Assembly: GCA_003251635.1 (NCBI GenBank)
Contig: QKEW01000008.1
Span: 110,860 to 174,859, forward strand
Reading direction: 5' to 3'
Source of the DNA: a bacterium
GTDB taxonomy: Bacteria; Patescibacteriota; Minisyncoccia; Moranbacterales; GWC2-37-73
DNA length: 64,000 nucleotides
In this document: positions 1-9,996 of the stretch, in pieces
How positions within the stretch are numbered: the stretch's first letter is position 1
Layout: every line of letters starts with the position of its first letter
Notes under the pieces: model-generated
Seen by the model: only the letters and a program-made list of their open reading frames with translations
The model's database searches: none
Told to the model about the DNA's origin: nothing
Program-made: the position numbers and the translations under genes

Positions 1-1
1 C

Positions 2-121
2 AATTGTGTGCAAGATTTTATTCCTTTTTTGGGTAATATCTTTTTTTTCAACCTAGCTGATGTTTATTTATTCACAGGTTTTTTCTTCTTAGCTCTTAAA
101 CAAATAATTAGGCATCGATAA
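2..121 (+). CDS. lspA: Lipoprotein signal peptidase II, 3' end (partial)
   Basis: Manual translation NCVQDFIPFLGNIFFFNLADVYLFTG...RHR* carries the V.DFI and FNLAD motifs; not in the ORF track. Confidence 0.85.
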   Translation, partial: NCVQDFIPFLGNIFFFNLADVYLFTGFFFLALKQIIRHR

Positions 122-123
122 CT

Positions 124-440
124 TGTGCATAAGTAGTGTTTTTTTGTGATTACCTGTTGATAATTCGGAATTTATCCACATCTTTATTCTGCTCGCTGTG
201 AACAATTTGGCCATTTTTTTCCAAACTTTTGTTTTTTAAAAATTATCCCCTTTAAATTCCAGTGGCTTTTCTTACTAATATCAACAGTTTCCAATTGCCA
301 GTCGTTGGCTCAAAAATAAGATTATTTCAAGTTATACACTTTTTTTAAATTACTAATATTAATAATAAATTTAATATTCTTTATATATAATTTAATTAAT
401 ACATATGAATTCCATTCTTTAATTTAGGATTGTTCACTCT
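124..440. promoter_or_regulatory. Candidate oriC: DnaA-box cluster plus AT-rich unwinding element
   Basis: TGTGCATAA 124-132, TGTTGATAA 155-163, perfect TTATCCACA 172-180, TGTGAACAA 197-205, ATATCAACA 278-286, TTATACACT 332-340; then a TAN run (tac taa tat taa taa taa, 351-368) in an almost pure AT tract. Confidence 0.65.
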
Positions 441-525
441 TAAATTTAAAGGGGCATCTCTGTAAAATATTAATTTTGAAATATATCATATTTATTGTAT
501 AGTTAAATAAAATTAATATTTGGAT

Positions 526-1164
526 ATGTCAAAAAATAAATTAGTGGTTTTGGGTATAACTATTATTTTTGTTTTATTGGATTTGATAGTTTTTAAATTA
601 TTTGAAACTCAGAAATATTATCAAGATATTGCCGTTTTAGTAACTTTTTTTGTATTGGTGCCTTTTTTATATAATAAAATTATTTTAAAAAGAAAACTAA
701 ACTCAATAGGACTTACGGTTGGTAATTGGAAGCAGGGCCTTATTTGGTCAATTTTTTTATTAGTTGTTTCCTTTTTGGTTTTTTACGTTATTGCCAAATA
801 CACTCCTTTTTTGAATAAATATAATCTAAATGTTCAGGTTTCTCGAGATTTTTTTAAGTTTCTTTTTTATGAATTTGGTTTAGTTCTGTTTTTAAGTTTT
901 GTGTATGAATTTTTCTTTCGAGGTTTTTTAATGCTTTATTTGAAGGAAAATTTTGGTCGTGGTTCGATTTTAATTCAGTGGGTAGTTTTTCTGGGTCTGG
1001 TTTTTTTAGGTGGGGAATTTAGTTGGAATTTTTTGCCTTATATGGTTTTTTCTTTTTTGGCCGGCATTATTACTTATAAGAGTAATTCTATTTGGTATGC
1101 TTGGATAAGCCAATTTATTCTTATTTTTACAATGGATGTTTTTTTTATAAAATTTTTGCTATAA
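526..1164 (+). CDS. CPBP/CAAX-protease-like (Abi) membrane protein with degenerate motifs
   Basis: Multi-TM protein; LNSIGL and YEFFFRGFL resemble CPBP motif 1 (EExxFRG); YKSNSIW region; catalytic His residues not evident. Confidence 0.7.
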   Translation: MSKNKLVVLGITIIFVLLDLIVFKLFETQKYYQDIAVLVTFFVLVPFLYNKIILKRKLNSIGLTVGNWKQGLIWSIFLLVVSFLVFYVIAKYTPFLNKYNLNVQVSRDFFKFLFYEFGLVLFLSFVYEFFFRGFLMLYLKENFGRGSILIQWVVFLGLVFLGGEFSWNFLPYMVFSFLAGIITYKSNSIWYAWISQFILIFTMDVFFIKFLL

Positions 1165-1179
1165 TATAAATACAAAAAA

Positions 1180-3843
1180 ATGAAATTCAAAAAAATACCA
1201 AAAAGAAAAAATTTTGTAATAGCTTTAAATGTGTTTTTGGCTCTTTTTTTGGTTTTAGAGAGAACAGATTTAGTCTATGGTGCGGATTTGGTCCCTGATG
1301 ATTATGCAGATGAGGTTTCGATAATGCCTGATGTTGGTTATTCTGGCATTGATGGTCCTGAAGTGGATGTTGTTTTTGATGACTCAGAAGGAGATGGAAC
1401 TATGACGGCCAAGGCTATATCAACTGGATTTAATGGCGGGGATGAAGATTTGTATTTTACTTGGTATTTGAAAAGATCTGGTTGCGGACTGGATAAGGAT
1501 CCTTCTTCTGATAAAAAAGAAAAATGCGATGAAGATAATGATGGAAAAATAACGGAAAATGATTGGAAAGTTAAAGCTGCGAAAATAATTGCAACCAACG
1601 GTTATACTGACGAAAGTAATGGAAGCTCTTCAAATGACGGAAATGATGACGGTTATCAAGCTTATCCGGAGTGGACTGGTGATAATGATGAGCCTAACTG
1701 TTATGTTCAGGATTTTGAAGACGGGGGTATCTATGAACTCAAGGAAACGGAAGAAGTTTTTACTTGTGCTAATCCGGTTTGTGTTGCAACCAAATCACTT
1801 TCTTGTAGCGGGGACAGTAAGCAGATTTGTCAGAGGCAAGCTGAACCTGATTGCCAGGTTACTGATGCGGAAACTTTTGTATCAGCTGGACAGTGTGACG
1901 GAGGAACTTTACTGTGTTTGTCTGGATCTTTTTCAAGTTCTCTGACCGACTTGGAAATTTGTTCGGCTTTGGGTAGCAGTTCCGGAGATAGTTGCGAGTC
2001 GTTAAGTGAGACTGTGCCGGGATGCAGTTTTGTGGAGAAAACGGATGGAAATATTTGTCAGCACTTATTTGCTCAGCCGGATGATGATTTGGATGAGGAG
2101 ACGGGCGATGATGAGTTTGATGACGATGAAGAGGAATTTTGGGGAACTGATCCGAATAATAAATTTACGGCTGGCAATTCCAACGTGGATGAGGCCAATG
2201 TTGTTGGATTGGGCGTAGATGAATTTACCTGGAACTATTTAGATGGAGACAAAGTTGGCTTGGTGGTTGAAGGTGAAAGTATTATTGATACCAAGCACAA
2301 TGATGGAACGAAGATGATTATGTGGGCATTTTCAAAAAACACTTGTTCGGCCATCAGTGACGCGATTGAAGAAAGAAGTTTCTATATAGACGACTTGTAT
2401 GGTCTGGAATTTGGAATTTTGACTGTCAAAGATTTGGATTTGAATGATTGTTTGGAAGAGAACTTGTTGGATCCATCTGGTGAATCAGCTGACGGCTATT
2501 TGAGTGTTGATTTGTCAGTTTCTCCCACTGAACCAAAAAATGATCCTTTGACGGATGGTCCGGACAATCGAGGCAGCGTGGTTACTGCAATTGCTTCTGT
2601 TTTGCAATATGACAGTCCGGAAAATCTACTTTATGATTGGAATGTCGAGGTTAGCAGTGACGGAACTAACGATCCGCCGCTTTGGAAAGATATTACAGAT
2701 GAGCTCACGGAACACAGTGTGTTATCAGGACTTGGAAATAGCAAGTTGACTTTCAAATTGAATCTTCTTTATGAGGATGATATTTTCCCTAACCAAAACG
2801 TGGAGCAATATCTGAAAATAAAAGTAAGAGCGTCGGAGGGCGGGGATGCTGCCGCCAGCGGAAAGGATGAATATATTTTAAAAATAAAGCAACTTGGACC
2901 GGATGTGATGGCCTATGATGCTGCTTATTCCGAAACTACCCAGAAATTATCTTTAGGCGGAGAGCTTTGTGGCGGAGATGATGAAATTGGCGCAGATTGT
3001 TTGGTTACAGTTAATCAGATAATTGGCTTAAGTGTTCCAAATGAAGATGGAAATCTGAGTGCATTTTCATGGAAAAAAGACGGGGAAAGTTTGACCTGTA
3101 GCAGTTCCATATCTAGTGGCTGTTCCAATGGGTCATCTTCGAATTTAGCTTTTTTCCCGGTGGTGGGCTCAATTGGCGATGAAATTGAAATAACAGCCAG
3201 TGCTATGAATCAGTCAACCGGGATTACCGAAACCTTTAGTAAAAAGTTTAAGATAATTCAGCCCTACGTTAAAATCGTTTCAGCCGATTCAGATTTAGTT
3301 TGGCCAAAGCAGTTGGGATATTATAAAAATCTTGACGGCACAGTGGCCTTGGATCTGAGCGATAAAATTTTCCAAGTGGTTGAAGATACTAAGGTTAGCT
3401 TGAAGGCAACTTTTTATCCCAATTCAATAGCTGAAACAGAAGGAGTGGAGGTTGTTTGGAAAGTATTAGGTGAAAGTTATAAGGGCGAAGATGAAATTTC
3501 TTTTACGGCCAGTAAAAATGCCGGCGGTTCCTATAATATAGAAGTTTTATCCACTTATTCACAGCCTGTTTCCACTAGGATGGCTCTAGCTAATATCTGG
3601 GGTATATCGCAAGTACAAACCGATGACGAACAATTGAGCTATGAAATACAAGTTGAAGTTTTGAAAAGTGAATATGATGAAGTTGCCCTTTTGAAAAATA
3701 CTAAGAAATTTCTGGCCAATATAATTTCAAATACTCCTGAGCAAGTCGTCTTTTTCTTGAAAATAATATTAAGTGTCGTTTTATTAATTGGAATTTCTGG
3801 ATTAGGTTTTCGTTTTATTCCAGGAGCTAACAATAATGAATAA
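1180..3843 (+). CDS. Large acidic, Cys-rich surface protein with C-terminal membrane anchor
   Basis: 887 aa; N-terminal signal/TM, Asp-rich Ca-binding-like motifs (DEDNDGKITEND; DDDEEEFWGTDPNN), Cys cluster, C-terminal TM. Confidence 0.75.
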   Translation: MKFKKIPKRKNFVIALNVFLALFLVLERTDLVYGADLVPDDYADEVSIMPDVGYSGIDGPEVDVVFDDSEGDGTMTAKAISTGFNGGDEDLYFTWYLKRSGCGLDKDPSSDKKEKCDEDNDGKITENDWKVKAAKIIATNGYTDESNGSSSNDGNDDGYQAYPEWTGDNDEPNCYVQDFEDGGIYELKETEEVFTCANPVCVATKSLSCSGDSKQICQRQAEPDCQVTDAETFVSAGQCDGGTLLCLSGSFSSSLTDLEICSALGSSSGDSCESLSETVPGCSFVEKTDGNICQHLFAQPDDDLDEETGDDEFDDDEEEFWGTDPNNKFTAGNSNVDEANVVGLGVDEFTWNYLDGDKVGLVVEGESIIDTKHNDGTKMIMWAFSKNTCSAISDAIEERSFYIDDLYGLEFGILTVKDLDLNDCLEENLLDPSGESADGYLSVDLSVSPTEPKNDPLTDGPDNRGSVVTAIASVLQYDSPENLLYDWNVEVSSDGTNDPPLWKDITDELTEHSVLSGLGNSKLTFKLNLLYEDDIFPNQNVEQYLKIKVRASEGGDAAASGKDEYILKIKQLGPDVMAYDAAYSETTQKLSLGGELCGGDDEIGADCLVTVNQIIGLSVPNEDGNLSAFSWKKDGESLTCSSSISSGCSNGSSSNLAFFPVVGSIGDEIEITASAMNQSTGITETFSKKFKIIQPYVKIVSADSDLVWPKQLGYYKNLDGTVALDLSDKIFQVVEDTKVSLKATFYPNSIAETEGVEVVWKVLGESYKGEDEISFTASKNAGGSYNIEVLSTYSQPVSTRMALANIWGISQVQTDDEQLSYEIQVEVLKSEYDEVALLKNTKKFLANIISNTPEQVVFFLKIILSVVLLIGISGLGFRFIPGANNNE

Positions 3844-4807
3844 AAAAAATATAAAAAAAAATAAGAAAAAACTGTTTCTGATGATAGCTTTGTGCTGCCT
3901 CATCTTTTTGTTGGCTGGAAAAACCCAAGCTCAGGAATACAAGATTATGGAAGCTATCCCGGGATTTTTTCAAGCAGGATCGGTCTTGGGACTGGCTGAG
4001 TTAATCTCGGCTATTTATAAGATGGCTATCTGGATTGTTGGAATAGCGGCTCTCTTCATGATTACGATTGGAGGTTTTTTGTATGCAACTAGCGCCGGAA
4101 ACACAGCCACAGCCGGAAATGGTAAGCGGTTTATTAAGGATGCTTTGCTTGGCTTGGTTGTGGCACTGGGAGCTTATTTTATTTTAAACTTTTTTAATCC
4201 GGACCTGGTTAATACGAACAATATTACAACGGACTCTTTAACTAAAACAAGCGGGCAGATATCTTCAGTCGAGGTTTCAGCTGAAACTGCCACCTTGATT
4301 GAAAATTTGGAATTGGATGATTTGGCTCAAGAAATTTTGGATAGTTCCAATATAAAGCTGCAAGGAGCAGATAGGGCCGATTGTGCCAATTCTTCAGGAG
4401 AAAGGGTTAGTCCTCAAAAAAATATGCAAGAGTTAGCGGGTAGCACACCGATGACTGTTTGTAACGCTGCTTGTGAAACTGGCGGGGTGCCCTGTGGAGC
4501 ATATCAGACCGCTTCAAAGAAAATGTTGGAGGCCCTTGTGATTTTGGGCCAAAGCAAAAGTTTTGAGGTTACCAGCTTTAGTGGCGGTCAGCACGGAAGT
4601 AATTCCTCGACTCACTATAAGGGTCAAGCTGTTGATATTGTGCCCCCAACCAGCGCTAATTGGAATACTTATGTCGAAGCCTTGGTGAGTTTGGGTGCTA
4701 ATCCGGATCAAACTTTCTGTGAAGATCCTAAGGCAACAGGCGGAAGTATTAAGAGTTTAGATTGCAAGGTAAAGCATCATATTCACGCTTCGTTTCTTAA
4801 CTCTTGA
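3836..4807 (+). CDS. CPR-type pilin (TrbC/VirB2-like) fused to an M15/LAS-like metallopeptidase domain
   Basis: ITIGGFLYATSAGN...IKDALLGL...ILNFFNPDL pilin signature; C-terminal H-x6-D (HYKGQAVD) and HIH. Confidence 0.65.
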   Translation: MNKKNIKKNKKKLFLMIALCCLIFLLAGKTQAQEYKIMEAIPGFFQAGSVLGLAELISAIYKMAIWIVGIAALFMITIGGFLYATSAGNTATAGNGKRFIKDALLGLVVALGAYFILNFFNPDLVNTNNITTDSLTKTSGQISSVEVSAETATLIENLELDDLAQEILDSSNIKLQGADRADCANSSGERVSPQKNMQELAGSTPMTVCNAACETGGVPCGAYQTASKKMLEALVILGQSKSFEVTSFSGGQHGSNSSTHYKGQAVDIVPPTSANWNTYVEALVSLGANPDQTFCEDPKATGGSIKSLDCKVKHHIHASFLNS

Positions 4808-4865
4808 AAAGGAAGGGTGTTTTGATTAAAAAATGATAGGCGCAAGACTAATTGTCTAAAAATCA

Positions 4866-6002
4866 ATGAAAAAGATTTTTATCGTATTGAGCATTCTGTT
4901 GCTTTTGAGTTTAATTTTGCTTTTTGTATATAATTTTGCCTTTGATGGTTCTATTGGAATTGAGTCCAAGGGGCTTAGCTTTAATAAAAACGATCTGTTT
5001 TCAACCCAAAACAGCGATGAAGCTGAATCTGGTAAAATTTCATCTTTAGTCAATGATGAAATTGACAGTATTTTTTTAGACCGAGATAATCAGAAGATCA
5101 TCTATTATTCAAAGACTGATGGTCAATTTTGGCAGTTTGATTTGGAAAAAAAGAAAAAAAGTAATTTCTCTCAAAAATCTTTCCAGAATGTATCCAAAAT
5201 CAATTGGTCAAATGATGGAAAAGGGGTAGTTGTTGAACGGGTTGACAATGGTCAGAAAGTTTTTTCTTTGTATGAATTTGAAACTGGTTTCGAAAACGAG
5301 TTTCGCCAAGGAATGGATGAGATTGTTTGGGATTATTTGGGAGACAAGATAATCTATAAGTATTTTAATCAGGACGACGGAAAAAGGAGTATTAATGTAG
5401 CTGGGAAGGACGGGGGCAATTGGAAAAAAATCACGGATGTTGATTTTCGAGATATTTCAATTGAGCCAATTCCTAAAACGTCTTTGATTTCTTTTTGGAA
5501 TCAAGGTGTTTTTGCCGAGGAAACCAGTTTGTCAATCTCCAGTTTAAATGGCGGACAGCTGCGTCAAATTTTTTCCGGAAAGTTCGGTGCTGACTATAAA
5601 TGGTCTCCGGATGGCAAAAAAGTTTTTGTCAGCTATCTAAAAGATAGTCAGAAGGATTTATTGGCAGGTGGCGTGATCGATATTGATGGAAATTTTGTAG
5701 CGCTTGATTTGCCGACCTTAGCCTCTAAGATAGTGTGGTCTTTGGATAACAAGCATATCTTCTATGCTTTGCCAGTGATTCCGGATGGTTTTGTTTTGCC
5801 GGATGATTATAAAAACGGAAATTTTCAGACGGCTGATAGCTTTTGGAAAATAAACATCGAGACCGGTGAGAAAAAACGCTTAGTGGAGCTGGAGGATATT
5901 GGCGGAGTTTATGACGCGAAGAATTTAACTTTATCTCCCAATGAAGATTCGTTGTTTTTTATAAACAGAATTGACAATAAACTTTACTCTTTTGAATTAT
6001 AG
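4866..6002 (+). CDS. Membrane-anchored beta-propeller (TolB-like) protein
   Basis: N-terminal TM; repeated WSNDGK/WSPDGK/WSLDNK/LSPNED blades. Confidence 0.65.
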   Translation: MKKIFIVLSILLLLSLILLFVYNFAFDGSIGIESKGLSFNKNDLFSTQNSDEAESGKISSLVNDEIDSIFLDRDNQKIIYYSKTDGQFWQFDLEKKKKSNFSQKSFQNVSKINWSNDGKGVVVERVDNGQKVFSLYEFETGFENEFRQGMDEIVWDYLGDKIIYKYFNQDDGKRSINVAGKDGGNWKKITDVDFRDISIEPIPKTSLISFWNQGVFAEETSLSISSLNGGQLRQIFSGKFGADYKWSPDGKKVFVSYLKDSQKDLLAGGVIDIDGNFVALDLPTLASKIVWSLDNKHIFYALPVIPDGFVLPDDYKNGNFQTADSFWKINIETGEKKRLVELEDIGGVYDAKNLTLSPNEDSLFFINRIDNKLYSFEL

Positions 6003-7180
6003 TTTTTAGTTTGACTGATTGATAATAGAAGAAATATCCAAAAATAAAAAGAAAGGTCATTTTTCCAAAAAGGAGTGTCGATTAGTCCGTAAATCAAAGT
6101 ATACAAAATAAAAGCTAGAAAAAAGCCAGCGAATCGTTTTTTTTGATTTTTCCAGGCTTGATTTAGCCAAACTAGACTGAGCCAGATAAAACCAATCAGA
6201 CCAAAAATCGAGGTTTGTAAATAAAAGGCTAAAAATAAATTATGAGGCTGTGGGACCGCCCACTCAAGATATGGTGGAAAATATTTTTGATATTGAAGAT
6301 ACGTGTCCTGAAAATTGCCCGGTCCGATACCCAAAATTGGGTAATCTTGGATTATTTTTAAACTGGATTGCCAAATCATCAGGCGCGAATTGAATGATGA
6401 TCGAGAACCGAACATGTGAACAATTCTTTCTTGAACATTTTCACTTGGAAAAATAAAAAATAGACAGATAAATAGGAAAAACAGCCAGAGAAGGCGGGAA
6501 ATTTTTTTAGGCGTAAATATTATAAACAAGGTTATTGTCAGAGCAATCCAATTGCCAAGAGAAAAGGTGAAGTAGAGGGCAGTCAGAATCAAAATCAGAC
6601 CTGGTAATAAATAATTTTTTATTCGAACCGAATTATTTTCTGCGATAAGGAAAATTCCGGCTAAAAGCCCAATTACCAAAAGCATGGCCAGATAATTAGG
6701 CGAGGCATAAAAAGACGCTAGCCGATTATCATAGGTTACCAGAAATAAGCTTTTATAAATCAAAGCTATGGCGGCAACCAAGGTTAAAGAGCCAAAAATT
6801 GTTATTAGAATTTTTTGAGTTGAAAGCGTGCTGGAAGCGGAACGGGTTTTTGCTAAACAAAACGCAAAAATCAATGGAATAATAAACCAACTTTTTATTA
6901 TGCCAAGTCCGGATAGGGTAGGCTGATTAAAAATATAAGATAAAGCCAGTCCGATTAGTATGAGGCCGACTGGCCATCGCAAGTTTTTAATAGCTGATTG
7001 GTTAAATAGACTTGTTTCTTTATTGCTTAAATTCCAAATTAAAAAAAATAAAATTGATAAGATCGCCAAAAATTCCGGGATATTGGTTGGAATTTGGCAA
7101 AGGGAAAATCTAACCCAGTAGAAGGGAATAAGAAAGAGGGTAAGCAGAAAAAAAATATTAGTCGTTTTTGGTAACTTCAT
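5984..7180 (-). CDS. O-antigen ligase family protein
   Basis: Multi-TM; PNYLAM, SRLMIW, PILGIGPGNF, PHNLFL motifs. Confidence 0.85.
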   Translation of the reverse strand: MKLPKTTNIFFLLTLFLIPFYWVRFSLCQIPTNIPEFLAILSILFFLIWNLSNKETSLFNQSAIKNLRWPVGLILIGLALSYIFNQPTLSGLGIIKSWFIIPLIFAFCLAKTRSASSTLSTQKILITIFGSLTLVAAIALIYKSLFLVTYDNRLASFYASPNYLAMLLVIGLLAGIFLIAENNSVRIKNYLLPGLILILTALYFTFSLGNWIALTITLFIIFTPKKISRLLWLFFLFICLFFIFPSENVQERIVHMFGSRSSFNSRLMIWQSSLKIIQDYPILGIGPGNFQDTYLQYQKYFPPYLEWAVPQPHNLFLAFYLQTSIFGLIGFIWLSLVWLNQAWKNQKKRFAGFFLAFILYTLIYGLIDTPFWKNDLSFYFWIFLLLSISQTKNYNSKE

Positions 7181-8420
7181 TATTTTGAGCTAAGGCCAGG
7201 AGAATAAAAAATATGCTCAGGACATGAACCGAATAGAGGGGAGTTTCAACTAAAGAGTAGCTTGAAAAGAAAATTAGAGAGGAGAATATTCCCAGATAAA
7301 ACCAATCATGTCTTCTTTTGAACAGGAAAACTAATGTTGAAATAATGGTTAATAGGTAAAAAATTAGACCGAAAAACCCGCTTTCGGTTAGGATGTCTAA
7401 ATATAAATTGTGGGCATAGATAGGATCTCGATAATTGGTAGTCGGCTCAATAGCCAGGGGTAAGTTGCCAAGTCCCACTCCCAAAGGATGTTGTTTGAAT
7501 ATTTGCCAGGATTTTTTCCAAAGTTCTATTCGGCCGAGATTTGATCCTTCTTGAAAATCAAAAGTGTCCAAAAAGCGTTGTCTGACTGGAGATAGGGTTG
7601 CCAAAATGGTAATAAACAGGAAAATCGTGAAGGCTATTCGGGCTGCTTTTCTAAAATTTATTGTTGAATTTTTTTTGATAAAGTAGCTTAAAAAAGCAAA
7701 AGAAGCAAAAATTATACCCAAATATCCTCCTCGTGAAAAAGTTAGTAAATTAACAATAAAAATTAAAAGAAAAACTAAAAGAAATTTTTTATTTTTTGTT
7801 TTAAGATAGTAGGCTAAAGCTAGTGGGGCAGTCAATCCCAGGTAAAAAGAAAACATATGGGGATCTGGAAAAATTGAAACTGCTCGGAAAATCGTTTTTC
7901 CTCCAACATTAACTAGCCAACTGGAATGTTCCCAGACAGCTGCTGAAAAGGATGGTCCCAGAAATATCGGGGATATGATCTTGCCCCAAAAGTTTTGTAA
8001 ATTGTTGATAGCGAAAATAAATTGACTCAGAAATTGACCCAGGCCAATTAGAGCCAAGAAAAAACTCCCCAGTGCTAGGAATTTAAAAGTCTGCCAATAA
8101 AATTTTTGTTGAAATTTCTGGCTAAAGAGCCAAAATAATGGAAAAATTGAAAGAACGAAAAGGATTTTGCGCAAGCCCCAAAAAGGATTTTGAGCCCAAA
8201 AAAGAGAAAAACTCAGGAAAAATATAAAGCTGTAGAGAAAGAGGGCGGATGCAGAGCTTGGAATCAAAAGCCTTTTTCTCTTGAGGCTTTGGATGAGCCA
8301 AAAAATAAAAAGTAGCGGAATGAAAATCCTGACGGAAGCCAGATCAATGTCAGTTGCGGGCCTTAGCGCTAATTGAAAGGGTAGATATAGGCAAAAGAGT
8401 AACAAGAGTTTTTCTAGCAT
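7158..8420 (-). CDS. O-antigen ligase family protein
   Basis: Multi-TM; TFSRGGY, GRIELW, HPLGVGLGN, AHNLYL motifs. Confidence 0.85.
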   Translation of the reverse strand: MLEKLLLLFCLYLPFQLALRPATDIDLASVRIFIPLLFIFWLIQSLKRKRLLIPSSASALFLYSFIFFLSFSLFWAQNPFWGLRKILFVLSIFPLFWLFSQKFQQKFYWQTFKFLALGSFFLALIGLGQFLSQFIFAINNLQNFWGKIISPIFLGPSFSAAVWEHSSWLVNVGGKTIFRAVSIFPDPHMFSFYLGLTAPLALAYYLKTKNKKFLLVFLLIFIVNLLTFSRGGYLGIIFASFAFLSYFIKKNSTINFRKAARIAFTIFLFITILATLSPVRQRFLDTFDFQEGSNLGRIELWKKSWQIFKQHPLGVGLGNLPLAIEPTTNYRDPIYAHNLYLDILTESGFFGLIFYLLTIISTLVFLFKRRHDWFYLGIFSSLIFFSSYSLVETPLYSVHVLSIFFILLALAQNNEVTKND

Positions 8421-8503
8421 GATGGTTCGACGCCTAAATCTTTATAGTTTATGAAAATAAACCATAAAGACACACAAAATGATTCTGTCTGAAAATTAAA
8501 TGG

Positions 8504-9943
8504 CTATTCTTTTATATCTGGGGTAGCAACTTTACTGGAAAAAATACTAAGAATCTCATGGGTCTTTATTGTCTTGGTTGCGAAAAGAGAAGCAAAGTAT
8601 ATCCCGGCTGAGCCAATAATTAGTAGAAACAAATTAATTTGGGAAAAGAAGAAGAGGAAAAGTGACATGAAGACACAAGATATGATTGATCCGCCAAAAC
8701 CCTGAAATTTTGGAGTGTAGTTTAAATATTTTTTTACCAAATAAAAAGTGGCAAAAGCTACGAATAATTCAGTCAAAACCGAAATAGCAGCGGCTCCGAA
8801 ATAGGAAAAAAGAGGAATAAGGATTAAGTTGGAGGCAATGTTGAAAATGGCAGCTCCTGAAAGCACCACCATTAGTTTCTTTTGCAAGTTGCCGGCAATA
8901 AGGATGTTGTTGAAAAAATTTCCAAAAAAAATGAAAATCAAAGCGAAAATCAAAACCCTTAGCACATTGGCTGATTGATGGAACTCGGGTCCGGCGATTA
9001 GGGTTATTATTTGTTCGGACAAAAACAGGGTTCCGATTGCCAACGGCAAAACCAAAATGACAAAAATTTTGAAAGTTTCATTAGAAATATATCGAAACCT
9101 TTTGCTATCGGTAAAAATATAACGCGACATTAAGGGTAAAATAAGGCCGATAATCATGGCGGGGAAGAAAGTGAAATTCTCGATAACTTTATAGGCGGCG
9201 TTGTAGATTCCCACTTGAGAACTGTTTTGGAGAATTGAGAGCAAGATGGTGTCTAATTTAAAATAAAGAAAAGTAACCAAAACCGAAACCCCCATAGGCA
9301 GAGATTCTTTTAAAAAACTTTTCCAGTAACTGAAATCAAAGCGAAGTTTTAGCGGAACATATTTTCTGGCTAAAAATAATACAAAAGTTAAATTAAAGAT
9401 CATGTAAACCAAAAGAGAGGAGATTATGATAAGAAAACCCCAGTCTCGGACAACTGCTAAAATTATGATTGAGGTTTGCAGCGCTTTTCCTAAAAATTCA
9501 ACCAAGGCAATTTTGTCCATGGCTACATTTTTTTGAAAAACTCCGTTAAGAACCGAATAGCCTGAAGAAAAAACAAAAGCCAAAGCTGAAAGAATAATCC
9601 CAAGCTTTACTTCGAATGAATAAGGCAAAAAGTAGGCAATCAGAGGTGAAACCAATAAGACTCCTAAAGAAGTGACTAATCTTAGCGCTAAAACATTGCC
9701 AACGATAATTTCTTCGTCGGCATTTTCACGGGAAATGTTGCGAGCAGTTATTGAATAAAGGCCAAGGTCAGCTATGGCTCCAAAAAAAGCAAAAAAAGCT
9801 AAGACCACGGAATAATCTCCAAAGCCTTGAGTTCCCAAATAGCGGGTAATAAAACCGATTCCAACCAACGCTAAAAATGTCGACAAAACCTTAGCGGTTG
9901 CCACAAAAACTACGTTATAGGCTATTTTTCGTGCAATGGCCAT
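8504..9943 (-). CDS. Polysaccharide flippase (Wzx/MOP family)
   Basis: TRYLGTQGFGDY, VGIYNAAYK, LIPLFSYFGAA motifs; many TM segments. Confidence 0.9.
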   Translation of the reverse strand: MAIARKIAYNVVFVATAKVLSTFLALVGIGFITRYLGTQGFGDYSVVLAFFAFFGAIADLGLYSITARNISRENADEEIIVGNVLALRLVTSLGVLLVSPLIAYFLPYSFEVKLGIILSALAFVFSSGYSVLNGVFQKNVAMDKIALVEFLGKALQTSIIILAVVRDWGFLIIISSLLVYMIFNLTFVLFLARKYVPLKLRFDFSYWKSFLKESLPMGVSVLVTFLYFKLDTILLSILQNSSQVGIYNAAYKVIENFTFFPAMIIGLILPLMSRYIFTDSKRFRYISNETFKIFVILVLPLAIGTLFLSEQIITLIAGPEFHQSANVLRVLIFALIFIFFGNFFNNILIAGNLQKKLMVVLSGAAIFNIASNLILIPLFSYFGAAAISVLTELFVAFATFYLVKKYLNYTPKFQGFGGSIISCVFMSLFLFFFSQINLFLLIIGSAGIYFASLFATKTIKTHEILSIFSSKVATPDIKE

Positions 9944-9996
9944 GTAACTAAGCCTTAAAAAGTGAATTTTAAATTTTGTGAAAAAATCAGAGACAA

